64,000 nt of DNA from Eledone cirrhosa (taxonomy: Eukaryota). Below the pieces are notes generated by a model. The model did no database searches, was not told where the DNA came from, and saw only the letters and a list, made by a program, of their open reading frames with translations. The stretch is taken from assembly GCA_964016885.1 (NCBI GenBank), contig OZ024743.1, positions 60,636,001 to 60,700,000 of the forward strand, in the 5' to 3' direction. Positions 43,671 to 57,611 of this stretch are shown piece after piece. The number at the start of each line of letters is the position of its first letter. Positions within the stretch are counted from its first letter, which is position 1. The translations under genes were made by a program, and so were the position numbers.

Positions 43671-44681
43671 TTGTGTTGTGTTGTCAAAAATATCAAAATT
43701 TGTTGTACTTACTCTTTCAGTGCATCACTGTCGTTATCTTCCGGGATAACATTATTGTAATTTTGTCAGCAGGGACCTTGAGAGAAAATCCATCTGAAGT
43801 ATGGTTCTTCGGAGATAAAGAACGAGCGAATGAAAGAACGTGACAGCCTTTTATTGCTTAATTCATATTGTTACAGTGCAGGACCCCTTGGCATAATGAT
43901 TAGCGCACTCTGTCGGAATCCGAAGGAATCACAGTTCGATTTTTTCGGGCATCTTTGTCCGGGTTTTTATACATCAGCAGCGTTATTTTACCAATTTTTT
44001 AGTTCAGTTATCATTTATTGTAATTACCTATTACTACCGTTATCTATGCTGGTACCACGAAATATTCAAATTAAAAAATATTCCAAAACGCTTCTATGGT
44101 CAACTGAATGTTTACACACACACACACACGCACACACACACACACACACACATACATTTGTTTTCTTTTCTTTGTTTTCTTTCATCTTTCTATCTATGCT
44201 GTTTGTTTTATCACACACACATCATTCCAGCAGCAATATTTAATTATCTGTGGCACGATCCAGCATTTTAAAATGTTACTCTCAATTAAATCATGCGAAA
44301 CTATTTTGCTGATTTCAGAGCTGAAGAGGGTGTAGATGTGTGTAAACTTGTCTTCTACATCACCTTTCTATATTTCCTTCTTCCAGTCACTTCTATGCGC
44401 CAACACACTTATTCTCCTCCTCTCGTTTCTATATGTCATCTACGTGTCACCCATCTTGTGGATTGTTTTTCTGCTAATCACTGGCGGCTGGTCTCTGTCC
44501 TCTGATTCATGTTTGCACATCGCTGTCTTTGACAGCATTTAGCTGTTTTAACGGCTGTCTTGCGATGAGTTTTCTTAATATTAAGAGATGGCAACATGAA
44601 TGGACCTATTATTTTTATCTAAAGACATTTTTTCCAATTCCATCCCGCCCGTCCCCTTAATCTATTTTATTTCTCATTCTT

Positions 44682-44717
44682 TCTTCTGATGAAGGACTAG
44701 CGTCCGAAACGTTAAGA
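44682..44717 (+). ncRNA. Minimal hammerhead motif (family H)
   Basis: tctt CTGATGA a ggac tagc gtcc GAAACGTT|aaga; stem III only possible as a dimer through AACGTT. Confidence 0.68.
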
Positions 44718-44829
44718 CCCTCTTCCTGCTATATCAAGCGTTAACCTAATATATACCTTCCATATACTGTACCGATTGTGTTTTTATTTCTATTTACCTT
44801 TTACACACACACACACATATATATATATA

Positions 44830-44912
44830 GTTTTAATATAGATGAGATTCTACAGGACTAGAACTGTTTCATTCTTACTGTGGTTACCTTCGATTCAACC
44901 CGGAATAACTTA

Positions 44913-44914
<2 letters not shown>
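44830..44914. mobile_element. Family A insertion with 5' inversion joined to the terminal tail
   Basis: 44830-44876 is rc of 6867-6913; 44874-44910 matches 6944-6980 forward. Confidence 0.75.
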
Positions 44915-44970
<56 letters not shown>

Positions 44971-44972
<2 letters not shown>

Positions 44973-45185
44973 AAAAAGCTCAGGACCCCGACGGCCAACC
45001 TCCGGCCGTTTCGACAACTAGATCCGAACGTTCGGACCTCAGTCTCCTCTGTGCCACTCTTCGTTGTTGTAGCGGAATCTTTGCTGCTGTACGGGTCTGA
45101 GACTTGGACACTGACCAAGAAACTCCCTCAGATGGTGGATGAGTGCTACACGAGAATGCTGAGGATGGCTCTTAACATTAATGAG
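44971..45185. mobile_element. Family B arm fused to an RTE-type RT fragment
   Basis: 44971-45040 family B; 45050-45180 encodes VAESLLLYGSETWTLTKK..VDECYTRMLRMALNI. Confidence 0.7.
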
Positions 45186-45895
45186 TATATATATACACAC
45201 ACACAATATTCACACACACACAGATACATTGTAGGTCGTTTTACCCGTCTTTTATTATTCAAAAACCTTCTTGCCAATAAACATTAACCCTTTGTGCGCC
45301 ATTCATCTAAATGTAGACCGACAAATACCACCTAAACGGAGCGTTGACAAGAACGAAGGCAAATGAATCTTCGAGGTAAGCAGTTTCCTGCCGAGCTGTT
45401 AGTTCACGCGGGATTCTCTGCTACACCTTTTCGTAATAATACCGAACAACGTACTGCTGGTCACTCCTTCCTCCAAAATCCGTACAAAGCGGACATGTGT
45501 ATCGGGCAGATGGATCGGGTGCAAATCTACACCAGGCCTACGCGAGAAATTCGCAAGGGACTGCACTGAGATGGATAGAGAGAAAGAGTAACTTAGTGGA
45601 AAGCGTGCGAATGAATTTTTGAGGTAAGTAGCCTACGTCTTACTGCTATGACACTGGAACCTTCTGCCAACTTAACCTGTGACTTTCTATTTCACATTTA
45701 CTCCAATAGGCCAAAACAGAGTAGTATGAAAAGAGGGGGGGGTCAACAATATTTCTATGAACAATGCACGTAGACAGCTAAACTGTACTTTCAACTTCTT
45801 AATTTTCTCCAAATAAAACAAGTTTTCTGTCGGTATATTTACGTGAGTTTTTAACAGGCACTCACAAATAAACATTACTCCATTAACAATTTGCA

Positions 45896-46929
45896 ATGTC
45901 CATAGTATTGAAAAGAAAGTTCATAATAGAGAAGCATGAAAAAGGCCCGACTCCATCCGAGATATTTAAACTGGGGAAAATTCTTAAGATCAATAGAATG
46001 TTGATCAAAAGGACAATCGATCGATTTAAGGAAACTTCCTCGACCAAAGACAGATCTCAATCCGGGCGCCCTCGCACCTCAAGAACACCAAAACTCGTTA
46101 AAAGTGTGAGGGAAAAAATAAGGCGTAATCCAAGAAGGTCCATGTGAAAAATGGCAGAAGAAGCAGAAACATCGCCGAGAACTATGTGAAGAATATGTCG
46201 AGATGATCTGGGGATGTCACCCTATAAGTTCCAAAACAGGCAGCTTCTTTCTGCAGCCACAATTGAAAAGAGGCTCTCCAGAAGTAAACTGTTATTGAAC
46301 TGTGTCAAGGATGGCACGCTGCAAAACATCTTCTTTACAGATGAGAAGTTATTCCCTGTGCAGCAGTCTCACAATCATCAAAATGATCGACTACTTGCAA
46401 AAAGTCTCAAATCAATTCCTTCAAGTGTAGGAAAAGTGTTCAGAACACAGAAACCAGCATCAGTGATGGTTTGGGCAGCCATTTCTGAAAGAGGGAAGTC
46501 TCCTCTGATTTTGTGCCTCAATGAGTTAAAATTAACAAAGAACTTTACATAAAGGATATTTTGAAAGGAGCACTGATGCCATGGTGCACATCTGTTTATG
46601 GCGATGACATTTGGACTCTCCAACAAAATCGAGCGACGAGCCACACTGCTCGCATAACACAACAGTGGTGTAGAGACCATTGTCCTGCATGGATCAGTAA
46701 GGAAGAGTGGCCTCCCACATCACCAGATCTCAACCCTCTCGATTTTTCTTTATGGTGAATTCTTGCGAGTGAAGCCTGCTCTACTCCTAGCCAAAATATT
46801 GAAACTCTAATATCAAAACTGAATAAAGTATGGGAGAAAATACCCATGGAAACTGTTCGTGCAGCCATCGAAGACTTAACTGGAAGACTTCGAGCAGTAG
46901 TGAGAGCTAGACGTAAGCATTTCGAATAA
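45896..46929 (+). pseudogene. Tc1/mariner DD37D (maT-type) transposase, stops and frameshift
   Basis: SGRPR, FFTDEKLF, VMVWAAIS, QQ(N)RATSHT-37 aa-WPPTSPDLNPLD; right end ..ccccatcctg|TA at 47051. Confidence 0.85.
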
Positions 46930-47399
46930 ATTTTTGTGCAGTTGTTTAATACTATATTACTTACTATTTGTTGAAGTCAGATCTTGAAATAAATGTTTTT
47001 TTCAAGAAGTATTTGCATTTTATTTTGTAACAGTTTTTATGCCCCATCCTGTATATATAAGCATACATGCTGACATACATATAACACGTTGTGTAGCTTC
47101 TTATCATTTTGTTAAATAAGGATTACACTTTGTGCATTCGCATTGAATGTGTGCAATGTTCATTGTTGAAATAAATCAGGGATTATCATTAAATCGTTTA
47201 TACATTTAATCTGCAAGATTTTCCGATTACATATTAAACATATAATTGTTTTGTTTTTTTTTGCGTGGGGGTTGTTGTTGTTTCTTTATTATTTGAGTTG
47301 TTTTTAAGAGTGAACTTTTTTTAATTATATAGATTAAGTATGGGATATTGGAAATATTCTCTCTTGTTCGTAAAATAATGCATTGAAATGATTGTATTC

Positions 47400-47880
47400 A
47401 TAGGGTTTATGATGATGTTAACGATGATGATGATGATGGCGATGATGATAATGATGATGGTGGTGATGATAATGAAGATGGTGTTGATGATGATGATGAT
47501 GATGAGGGCGATGATGATGACTGCGACGATGATGATGTCTACGACGGTGATGATGCTGGTGATGATAACGACGACATTGATGATGATGATGTTGATGATG
47601 ATGATGTTGACGGTGGTGGTTATGATGATGACGACAATGAAGAGGATGATGATGATGATTATGATGATGATGAGGACGATGGTGATGATGCTTATGGGAA
47701 TGGTGATAATGAAAATTGAAGATGACTATGATGGTGATGACGACGGTGCTGCTGATGATTATGGGAGTGGTGATGATGAAGGTTGAAAATGAGGATAATG
47801 ATGATGATGAAAATCATCATCATAATCCTAATCATGATGAGCGTCATAACGGTGATGGTGAGGGTTGTGATGGTAAAGGT
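47400..47880. repeat. Degenerate (GAT)n microsatellite
   Basis: Direct reading. Confidence 0.9.
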
Positions 47881-48133
47881 GGGGGATAAAGCTGGAATAT
47901 TTAAAATCCTGAATAAAGTATGTCAAATCTGTTAAAATATTTCACTTTGCTTATAAAAAAAATTATTTAATAATGTGTATATAGATGATGAGTATATGTA
48001 TGTGTGTGCGTGTATGTATAGACACACACACAGACACACACACACATACATATACATATATATGTATATATAATATATATATACATATACATATTTTTTC
48101 ACACACATATAGTATATGATATATGTATATGTA

Positions 48134-48289
<156 letters not shown>

Positions 48290-48316
48290 TGTGTGTGTGT
48301 GTGTGTGTGTGGTGTG

Positions 48317-48364
<48 letters not shown>

Positions 48365-48365
<1 letters not shown>

Positions 48366-50436
48366 TTCTTTATTTGCCACAAGGGTGCACAAGAAAAGGG
48401 GACAATACAAAGACATATGCCGAGGATTTTACATACAGTCGTGTAAAAATATTGAAACAAACAATTATAACAATCGAAATCCCCAATAGTGGGTGACGCC
48501 ACAAATGGGTTGTTTAATACCCCGTCGATAGAACAACCCTCAACTTCAGGAGCATGTTCTGCAAGTGCTCCTTTCTTCCTTTTGTTCTCTTCTTTAACCT
48601 ACAGGCTTATAAACAGAGAAGGCCCAATCACTCAGGCCATTTTCGCTTCATTCACCCACCTTTCAGTAAATTTACTGGGGTGCAGTGCTTCTCTCTCCAC
48701 TCTGATTCTCCTTCTAAAGTGATACTTAAAGAAGAGAATCAATTGTTGTCCGGGGAGAAAGGCATCTGTGCTCAGTCTTCTCAATCTCGTCCACCATATA
48801 ACCTCTTTCACCATAGCCACTGTACAGAGGAAAACCGCTTCTCTTTCGTTTTTGAAAGAGGCTGGCGGTTTGATCCTTACTATGAACTCGGCAATCAACT
48901 GGATTTGTCCCATACGCGACAGCAGTTGTTCTGCATAGTTCCACAGGTCGCTTACGCCCGGGCAGTGTATAATTGCGTGCAAGGCGTTTTCAATGTCCTG
49001 CTCGCATCTTGGATATGTCCTCTTGGAAGGATCCCTGTCGGGGCGTCCGTGCCTGTATCTTATCTCGAACGGGTAGAGCTCCCCGGTAGCACTGCCAGAC
49101 CAGGGACCTCTGAAAATTTTCTATAGGTCCCGGGCGGAAAATCCAACCGAACAGACTGGTGAGCTCGTCGTCTTCGACGACTAGCGTCACTCCGAGCACG
49201 TCGTCGCACTTGTAAAGTACTAACCTTCTATAGAATGTCGAAGTGGAGTCTCCACTGATTGCTGTGCCCGCTTGACAGAGGACTGTGAGCGCCTGGGCGC
49301 ATTCAGTGTGCCAGGCGCCCATCTTCTTCGGTCTTCGCTTGACCCAGGACTGCAGCTCCGTCAGCGAAACAAGTTGTGGGAAGGCCTGTCTCACAAACGG
49401 TAGCCACACTGGTTGGTCGGTGAGGAATACCTGGAGATGCCGTAGGCTCAGCGCATGTTTGCGCATCATTAGCCACATCATGCCCAGCCCTACGTTGGAA
49501 GGGTGTTGACAGCAGACGGATCTCCTCACTAGTGGAGCCTGCTTCTTCCACAGGAACTGAAATAGCATCTGTTCCATCTTGGTGAGGTATTCACGGGGAC
49601 AAGGCACGACAGTCAGGCGGTAGTAGATGACGGACGCTATGAAAGTGTTCGCCACCTCCGCTCGACCTTTCAAAGACAGTTTCACCTCTGCCCACATCTG
49701 GGTGAGCGGAAATACCTTGGCCATGACCTGTTCCAGTTTTTCACCACCTGGAGGTTTGGATCGAACCAGACCCAGAGCAATTTCACTGGTTCTTCCGTCT
49801 AGCGTCCGACGACGCTGTCGGGCGGCATCGGTTTGCCTCTCCACGTTACGAGTTGCAAACCGACAGACTTGTCCGGGTTCAGTTTTGCTCCTGTTAAACT
49901 TTCGTATTCCTGTAGTAGGTTGCCGATTACCTCGATTTCCGAGGTTTTCGACCCCATTACCGTCACGTTGTCGGCATTAGCCGATGCCGCTTTTCGCAGT
50001 CCCGGTTTTAAAGGGATGCCCTGCATAAGCTCCAACTTCCGTAGTAGTGGATCTAGAGCAGTGTTTCTCAAGCTTTTTGACCCACGGGCCCACTTTTAGC
50101 TCCCGAAAAATGTCCGGGCCCACTTATTTTACAAGCGCAAACTAGTGCTCAAAACCTATTCCAGACTATAAGCCCCACATGATATATATACTAGTGCTTC
50201 TCAATCTTTTTGTTCTCCCGGCCCACTTTACTCCCTAGAAATTTCCAGGGTCAGTGCTCAAAGAGCATTCTGGAACACTTATTTAAATGTTGTGTGATCT
50301 TAAGTTCCAAGAAAGTCTGAAAAAATTTCCAGGCCCACTGAAATTTCTCCGGGCCAACTCAAAATTGTCCCGGGCCCACTGAGTGGGCCATTGATCCACC
50401 GTTGAGAACCACTGCTCTAGAGTCAATACGTACAGA
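48365..50436 (-). mobile_element. 5'-truncated L1/Tx1-clade LINE ending in (TCTA)n
   Basis: LEPLLRK, ANADNVTV, YESLTGAKLNPDKS, LSLKGRAEVANTF, FQFLWK, zinc knuckle ..HAIIHCP; aataaa then (AGAT)n at 48318-48364. Confidence 0.85.
50059..50414. mobile_element. hAT (Charlie/Buster-type) MITE inserted in the Tx1 LINE
   Basis: TIR cagtgtttctcaa / ttgagaaccactg; 8-bp TSD atctagag / ctctagag; LINE frame rejoins across it. Confidence 0.88.
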
Positions 50437-51417
50437 ATGCATATATAATATATGCAGGTGCATATATTATATGCACCTGCTTATGTGCTATATGTGTGTG
50501 TGTCTATGTGAGTGTGCCAGCACGAAAGCGGGTGAGCAAGAGTGAGTGTTTACAAACACATATATTTAATGTGAAATTAATGATAAGGTGGGTAGGCATT
50601 ATTTTCTCACGCTATTGTGTGTCGCGTTTATCGCTAATAGCTGACTGATAAATCTTGATAATGAGACTGACAACAGCAACAAATGAAAACACAAGGTTTC
50701 AGCTCGTTCAAAATTGTTGACTTCTTCAAATTGAAGGTGAAGATCAAAACATAGCATGTTAATATAATATTTCAAAAAGAATGATAAAAGGCACTTAACC
50801 CTTGCTGAGACCACAGGGGATCAATCCTGAAGCATGGCGTGTACAGACTATTTTATACCTGGTGGAGTTAATCTCTCTTCAGATCTAAATACAATCGATT
50901 TCTTCCAAAGTAAGAAAGATAATGAGAGTGAGGAAGAAGCGAGCGGGAGGATGACAATATTGCAGATCTGTCAACTCTCCTCGACCGACAGGGAGATCTC
51001 TCACTCATGTTGGGATTAGTGAGAGATGTTTTCTCTCGTGAAAATGCGTAAAGCTTCCATTATCTAAAGTCTCTCCATTTTGTCTCTTATCTCACGGTTT
51101 GGGGCACTTTTTTTTCATGGTGCTCCTCGTTTTGGTTTCTTGAAGTTGGTAGGTCTGAATTTTCTGTTAGCGGGATTTGTAAGCAAGGCCGCAGAGACCG
51201 AGAACACATACATAAATATTTATCTATACATGCAAACACATTTTATATCATCAATTTTCTTGCATTTGTCATATCTGACTCTGAATCGCTACTACATTAG
51301 CAGGCAACAAAAACAGAACAAAAATACATAGGTATGTACAAAGATACATATATAGACTTCGTATTGTGTTGATGAACACAAGCTGAGACCGCTTGGTATC
51401 ACGGTCGGGTCTCTCTC

Positions 51418-51452
<35 letters not shown>

Positions 51453-51815
51453 GTATGTATAAGATAGTGGTAGTAATAATACCAAATACAAAGTCTAAAT
51501 TCCAGGGAGGACTCCACAAAAGCTAGATATATATATGTGTGTGTGTGTGTGTGTATGTGTACGTGTGTGTGTGTGTGTGAATTCGTGCGTGTATAAACCC
51601 GTAGACCAAATAGCTATTATTAGTACAGATTAAAAGTTTACACAATTTCTATCTTCACTCTAAAGTCTCTCTCTCTCTCTCTTTGTGCGTGTGTGTGCCC
51701 TCAGTCACCTGAGCATTGGGAACGTGAAACTCTTTGTAGCAGCTTTGAGAGACTCTACGTAACGCCTTACTGAGTACATTTTTCGTTGCTTTGCAATTTA
51801 CACCTGTTTGAATGC

Positions 51816-51947
<132 letters not shown>

Positions 51948-52606
51948 TACGTATGCATGTATGTTTGTATGTTTGTATGTTTGTATGTTTGTATGTATGT
52001 ATCTATATCAAACCGTAATCTTGAAGAAATACGAAAGTCTGAAATATTTACACAAATCCCATAAAAGATTATAATTTCATAAAGATCGGCGGAATTCCAA
52101 GAACTATATATATTTAAGATCCTGTTTTTAAATCCTATGTAAATGGTGAGAGATAGCAAAAGAGACTCATAAGGTGTTGATGACGTAAACATTGCGATTA
52201 CATAAATCTTGGTATTTTCAATGGCTGTTTTTTTTATCTATCAAACTAACGTGATGCGCTGTCTTATATAGTTATTTATTCTGTTACCGCTTACACTCGA
52301 CAGACTGCGGCCATGCTGTGGCAACGCCTTAAAGGGATAAAATCCATCATATTAGCCACATTAACTAATTTCTCGATTGTCATTTTATAGAACTGCTTCG
52401 TCACACAAGGTCAACGTAAACACCGACATGGGCGCACACACACACACGTATATATTATGAAGAATCTTTGTCGTACGGTTAAGCTTCTGCCGATATATAT
52501 ATATATATATGTGTGTGTATGTATATATGTTTGTATATGCATATATATATGTGTGTGTGAGTGTGCGCGCTGCTCGTAGCAATCAATGCTTTGCACATAT
52601 AAACTC

Positions 52607-52695
52607 GCATATCTGACGAGATTTCAAATTAGAGTCGAGCCCCGTTACTTTGAGTGTACCCGGTGCTGATCGATATCGAAACAATTATAATATGC
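52607..52695 (+). ncRNA. Type I hammerhead motif with long stem II
   Basis: gcatat CTGACGA gat...atc GAAA caatta TA|atatgc; 6-bp stem I; stem II insert resembles family G. Confidence 0.72.
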
Positions 52696-52781
52696 CATTA
52701 AAGTTTGTACATATGCTACAACACTGACTTCGATTCTACTTATATATTCTCTCTACTCCTCGCTCTCTCTCTCTCTCTCCT

Positions 52782-53169
<388 letters not shown>

Positions 53170-53534
53170 ATGTATGTACGTAATGTATATATATATGCGC
53201 CAGAGTTCAGCAAATTACGTCCATCAAATTCCTCAAAAAATGTATTACGGCAACCGGAATCTAAAACAGCCAACACTTGCACAAGGTTCCCTGCAGTATG
53301 ACTAAATCCGAAACCATGTAGATACGGAACGAATTATTTAACCACACAGCCATGCTTTCACCAACTTTTATAATCCGGAAAATATTCCTTGTAAATGATA
53401 ACAGATAGTTACAGAGATTCGTATTGACGTTCATGACTTAGAGACCAAGATTATATAAATTTCTTATTTGAATAGTTTTACCTATGTATGCAGAATGATG
53501 CGGAGAATAACATAGTCATTAACATTGTGAATGC

Positions 53535-53845
53535 ACGTGGCTTAGAGGTTACGGGTTTTCGGCTCACAAGTTTAAGGTCATGGGTTCGATTCCCATCAGC
53601 GTATTGTGTCCTTGAGCAAGATATTTTATTTCACGTTTCTCCAGTACACCGAACTGGAAAGAATGTGTTGTATCTGTTATTCAAAAGCCAGCCATACCAT
53701 ACATTGTCATGCTTTTTCTCACTTAGCATTTTATTAAGTATACACGTGTCTGTGGAATGCTTTGCTATTTCCAAGTTAATTTCACGAGTGGGATGTTCCA
53801 TCCTTTGAACGACTAAAACACTCATCGTCGTAAACGACGGAGGTC
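53535..53845 (+). mobile_element. tRNA-derived SINE
   Basis: gtggcttagaggtt, gggttcgattccc, gtgtccttgagcaaga; related copy 42710-43030. Confidence 0.7.
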
Positions 53846-54149
53846 CAATAATACCTCTTTAACATATTTCTCAATCTGCTTATATTATTTATGACCAATG
53901 GGATTAGAGCGGATTTATTTAATCATGTCTGGTTAAACTAAACTTCGTTTACGGCTGTAGATTCCGAGATCCTTACCGCTGTATTATGTGATTGTTACTG
54001 TTGTGTTGGTGATATTGTTGTTGTTGTAATGGTTGTAGATGGTTTGTTACTGTTGTTATTGTTATTCATGCTGTTATTGTTGTTGTGGTGGTGGTATGGG
54101 TGTCGTTATTCTTGTTGCTATTCTAGCTGTTATCGTTATTGTTTTGTTA

Positions 54150-54520
54150 TTGTTGTCGCTATTGTTGTCTTTATTGTTGTGCCAGTTGTTTGTAGGGGTG
54201 TTTTTGTTGATGTTGCCGTTGTTGTTGTCTTTATTGTTGTGGCAGTTGTTTGTAGGGGTGTTTTTGTTGATGTTGTCGTTGTTGTTGTCTTTATTGTTGT
54301 GGCAGTTGTTTGTAGGGGTGTTTTTGTTGATGTTGCCGTTGTTGTTGTCTTTATTGTTGTGGCAGTTGTTTGTAGGGGTGTTTTTGTTGATGTTGCCGTT
54401 GTTGTTGTCTTTATTGTTGTGGCAGTTGTTTGTAGGGGTGTTTTTGTTGATGTTGCCGTTGTTGTTGTCTTTATTGTTGTGGCAGTTGTTTGTAGGGGTG
54501 TTTTTGTTGATGTTGCGGTT
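54150..54520. repeat. 60-bp minisatellite, about 6 nearly identical units
   Basis: Direct reading. Confidence 0.92.
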
Positions 54521-55461
54521 GCTGTGGTTGTTGTTTTCAGTGCAGTTTGGAGTGGGAATATTATTGATTTTGTTATTGTTGTTATTCTTATTGCAATTGT
54601 TGTTGGCGGAGGTGGTGGTGGTAGCGATTGTGGTGATGAGGTGGCAGGGTGGTTATTATTGTTATTATGGTAGTTGTAGATGCTGATATTATCGTTGGAG
54701 TTTTAGCAATAGTTGTTGCTGCTAGCGTTGTTGTTGGTGGCGGTGTTGATATTGTTCACTGTGTTGGTGGTCGTGATGGTGGTGCTGGTGGTGATCAAAC
54801 ATAGATTCGATTATTGTTTCTAGCAGATTGAACGTCTACGTAGAAGCTAATACATCGGGCTTTCTATAAACTAAGTGATCAGTTAGGGTGAACCGAATTT
54901 ACATATTAGTGGCTCTATTCTGCTTGCCTGTGCTATTTTCAATTCAGTTTCCCCAGTGAAGTTCCTGCCATACTTATTATTACATACTTCCTACTGAAGG
55001 CCTCAATTTACATAGAAGTTGATCAAATAACACGCCACCAACAAGTATATCCTTAAATGTTTGTTTCCTATTTATATATTCCCACGTCTTTCTCAAACTT
55101 TCACTTCATTTTAACAACTTCTACAAAATTCTGTAACCAATGTGTGGGCATAAACATCGAAATTCCTAAGTCAATGTGCCTGTTTGTAATGGGGGGAGTC
55201 ATAAGGGAGTCATTGATTGGGCAATAGCTGGAGGCCCCACATAGTTTATAGAGCCCCAATTTGTTTTTTCTAACAAATTCATGATGGAAGTTTACGCCAG
55301 GGGCCCCATGTAGGTTTAATCTATATTCTTTTATTCATTTAACCGTTCCAGACATGGAGCTATGTCCATACGGAGACACTGCCTTCGATTCGCCGTCAGT
55401 TCAGTAACCAATCATACACACATTTAACTTTGCAGGAATTCTAGTGGAACAGCTGCTATTT

Positions 55462-55495
<34 letters not shown>

Positions 55496-56250
55496 CGTGT
55501 ATGTGTGTGTGTGTGCGCGTGCGTGCGTGTGTGTGTGTGTGTGTGTGTGTGCGTTTGTGTGTGCGTGTGTGTTGAAAATGATGATGATGATGATGATGAT
55601 GATGATCTCGTGTTATAACCTCTGAACAGACATGTGTTCAAAAGAATGATATGAGAAAAAATTGGCTGCTATTTCTAACGTTATACTTAAAGAACTATGT
55701 GAGGCTGATTTGCTTAAATGTCTACGTCTAGTTTGGAAAAAAATGTTCTTGAATTACAAGAACTTTATAGCGAGAATGATATTAATTAATTGATTGTTTG
55801 TGAATAGTGAGGTGTTTATCAGGATTTGCTATAAACGGACGGAAAACTAGGTACATGAGAGTATATGTTGGTACCTGAGGGTTTGCTGCTAGTTCATTAT
55901 CATAACCTTCGGAACTCTGGGCTCCACAGCAGCAAGCTGTGGAGAGCTATCAAAGACAAGGTCGAATCATCAAAGAGAGCACCTTTATAGCTATGTCTGA
56001 AAGGTGGAGTCAGTATTATGTATGCGATTTAGACAGAAATTGAAACTTGATCAAATTGGATTTGGTCGGGGGACGAAGGTGTATGCTGTAAGACCCGAAA
56101 CTTCCAGTGACCCCAGGATACATTCTTGATGTGTTGAAAGTTTTCCATCCCTGGATGTATGAAGAACCTGTTACAATGTATTTAGATTTGTTGTCTGGAG
56201 TTGATATTTTTTATAGGTTACTAGTGTTGCTATATATATATATATATATA

Positions 56251-56448
56251 GGAAAATGTATGACCCCGACGGCAAAGCTCAAGCCGTTTTGACGGCTATT
56301 TCTGGACATAGCCGTCAGAAATAGCCGTCGAAACGGCTTGAGCTCTGCCGTTCGGGTCATATATTTTCCCATTACCAACTCTACTACCATAAGTGTTGAG
56401 TACTCTGGGGCGTTATGGTCCATCTGGTTCCTTACAACAACTCCTTTG

Positions 56449-56450
<2 letters not shown>
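56251..56450 (+). mobile_element. Fold-back mini-element family B
   Basis: Homologous to 2743-2948. Confidence 0.8.
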
Positions 56451-56523
<73 letters not shown>

Positions 56524-57171
56524 CGTAGAGCACGGAGCGTATGTGCATAAACACACATGTACCGTGTCGTATCTTGACAGTATTGTATAAGCTCAATGTA
56601 CGAGAACAGAGCCGTATGGGCCACGTAATTCAATTACCTACTAGTATACCTTGTTTATGTATACTATGGTGAGGATTAAAATTACTTTGGGCTTTCTGGA
56701 GGTACCTTAACAACCTCTTAGTACTTATATAACTATAAGTTACGGAGATCTTATTCACTTGTTATATATAGGGACCAGCGCTTAACTTCCGCTGGATTTT
56801 TATGTACTTAAACATTTTTTTTTTTCTTATTTATTTTTTTTTTTTTTTATTTATTTTTTTCCTTTTAAAATTTTTTAATCTTTTTTATTTATTTTTATCT
56901 CTTTATATTATTTCCTTTTTACTTTTTTATTATGTTTTAAGCATTGTTTATGCTTTTTGGTTTTGTGTGCCATCATTTGCATCAGCATCTTGTTAAAAAA
57001 ATTTGCCTGTACCCTTGCATTTAGCTGTAGTGCTTAATAACAACCCTAACATGTACTCTCTTCTTATTCGCCATCTCCGATCTCCCTATTTTTATCCTCT
57101 ATTGTATTCCTATTGTTTATGTGACTAAGTTTGGTAGAGCTTATACTCAGCACTGTGTTTTTGTTAATTAA

Positions 57172-57216
57172 GCTCTGGTGATTCCTGGCCAACGGTATGG
57201 ATGAAACATTGTCAGC
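57172..57216 (+). ncRNA. Hammerhead motif with A6>G change at the 3' end of a 740-bp insert (56521-57260)
   Basis: gct CTGGTGA ttcc..ggat GAA ac att gt C|agc. Confidence 0.5.
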
Positions 57217-57254
57217 AAATAAAAACTGTTTGAGTATGTAAGCGTTCTTTGATT

Positions 57255-57304
<50 letters not shown>

Positions 57305-57356
57305 AAATAAAATAAAACAAAGACGATTGCTTACTCCTTCATTACGTTTATTGGTT

Positions 57357-57441
57357 GGTGACGCGCGTTTAGCCACTGATCAGCTCAAGGTTCTATCTGT
57401 ATCGATCTAGCCCGACTCTGTAATCCGCGGCTCGTCAGACC
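57357..57441 (-). ncRNA. Family G hammerhead motif (G12>T)
   Basis: rc: ggt CTGACGA gcc...ggc TAA ac gcgc gt C|acc. Confidence 0.6.
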
Positions 57442-57465
57442 CCTTACAATGGTAATGGAAAAATG

Positions 57466-57508
<43 letters not shown>

Positions 57509-57611
57509 ATAAATATAATTACTCTTGCTATATGTATGGTGTTGGTATATATAGCTAGTGTTGCAATATATTTACAGTTGCCAAATGTCTCTCTCTCTCT
57601 ATATATATATA

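Noticed and set aside
54029-54686. Two about 215-aa hydrophobic repeat ORFs
   Set aside because: Produced by the 60-bp minisatellite and (GTT)n; no coding evidence
55850-56210. Possible LINE RT remnant on the minus strand
   Set aside because: Only weak KSKYI..YPG similarity; insufficient
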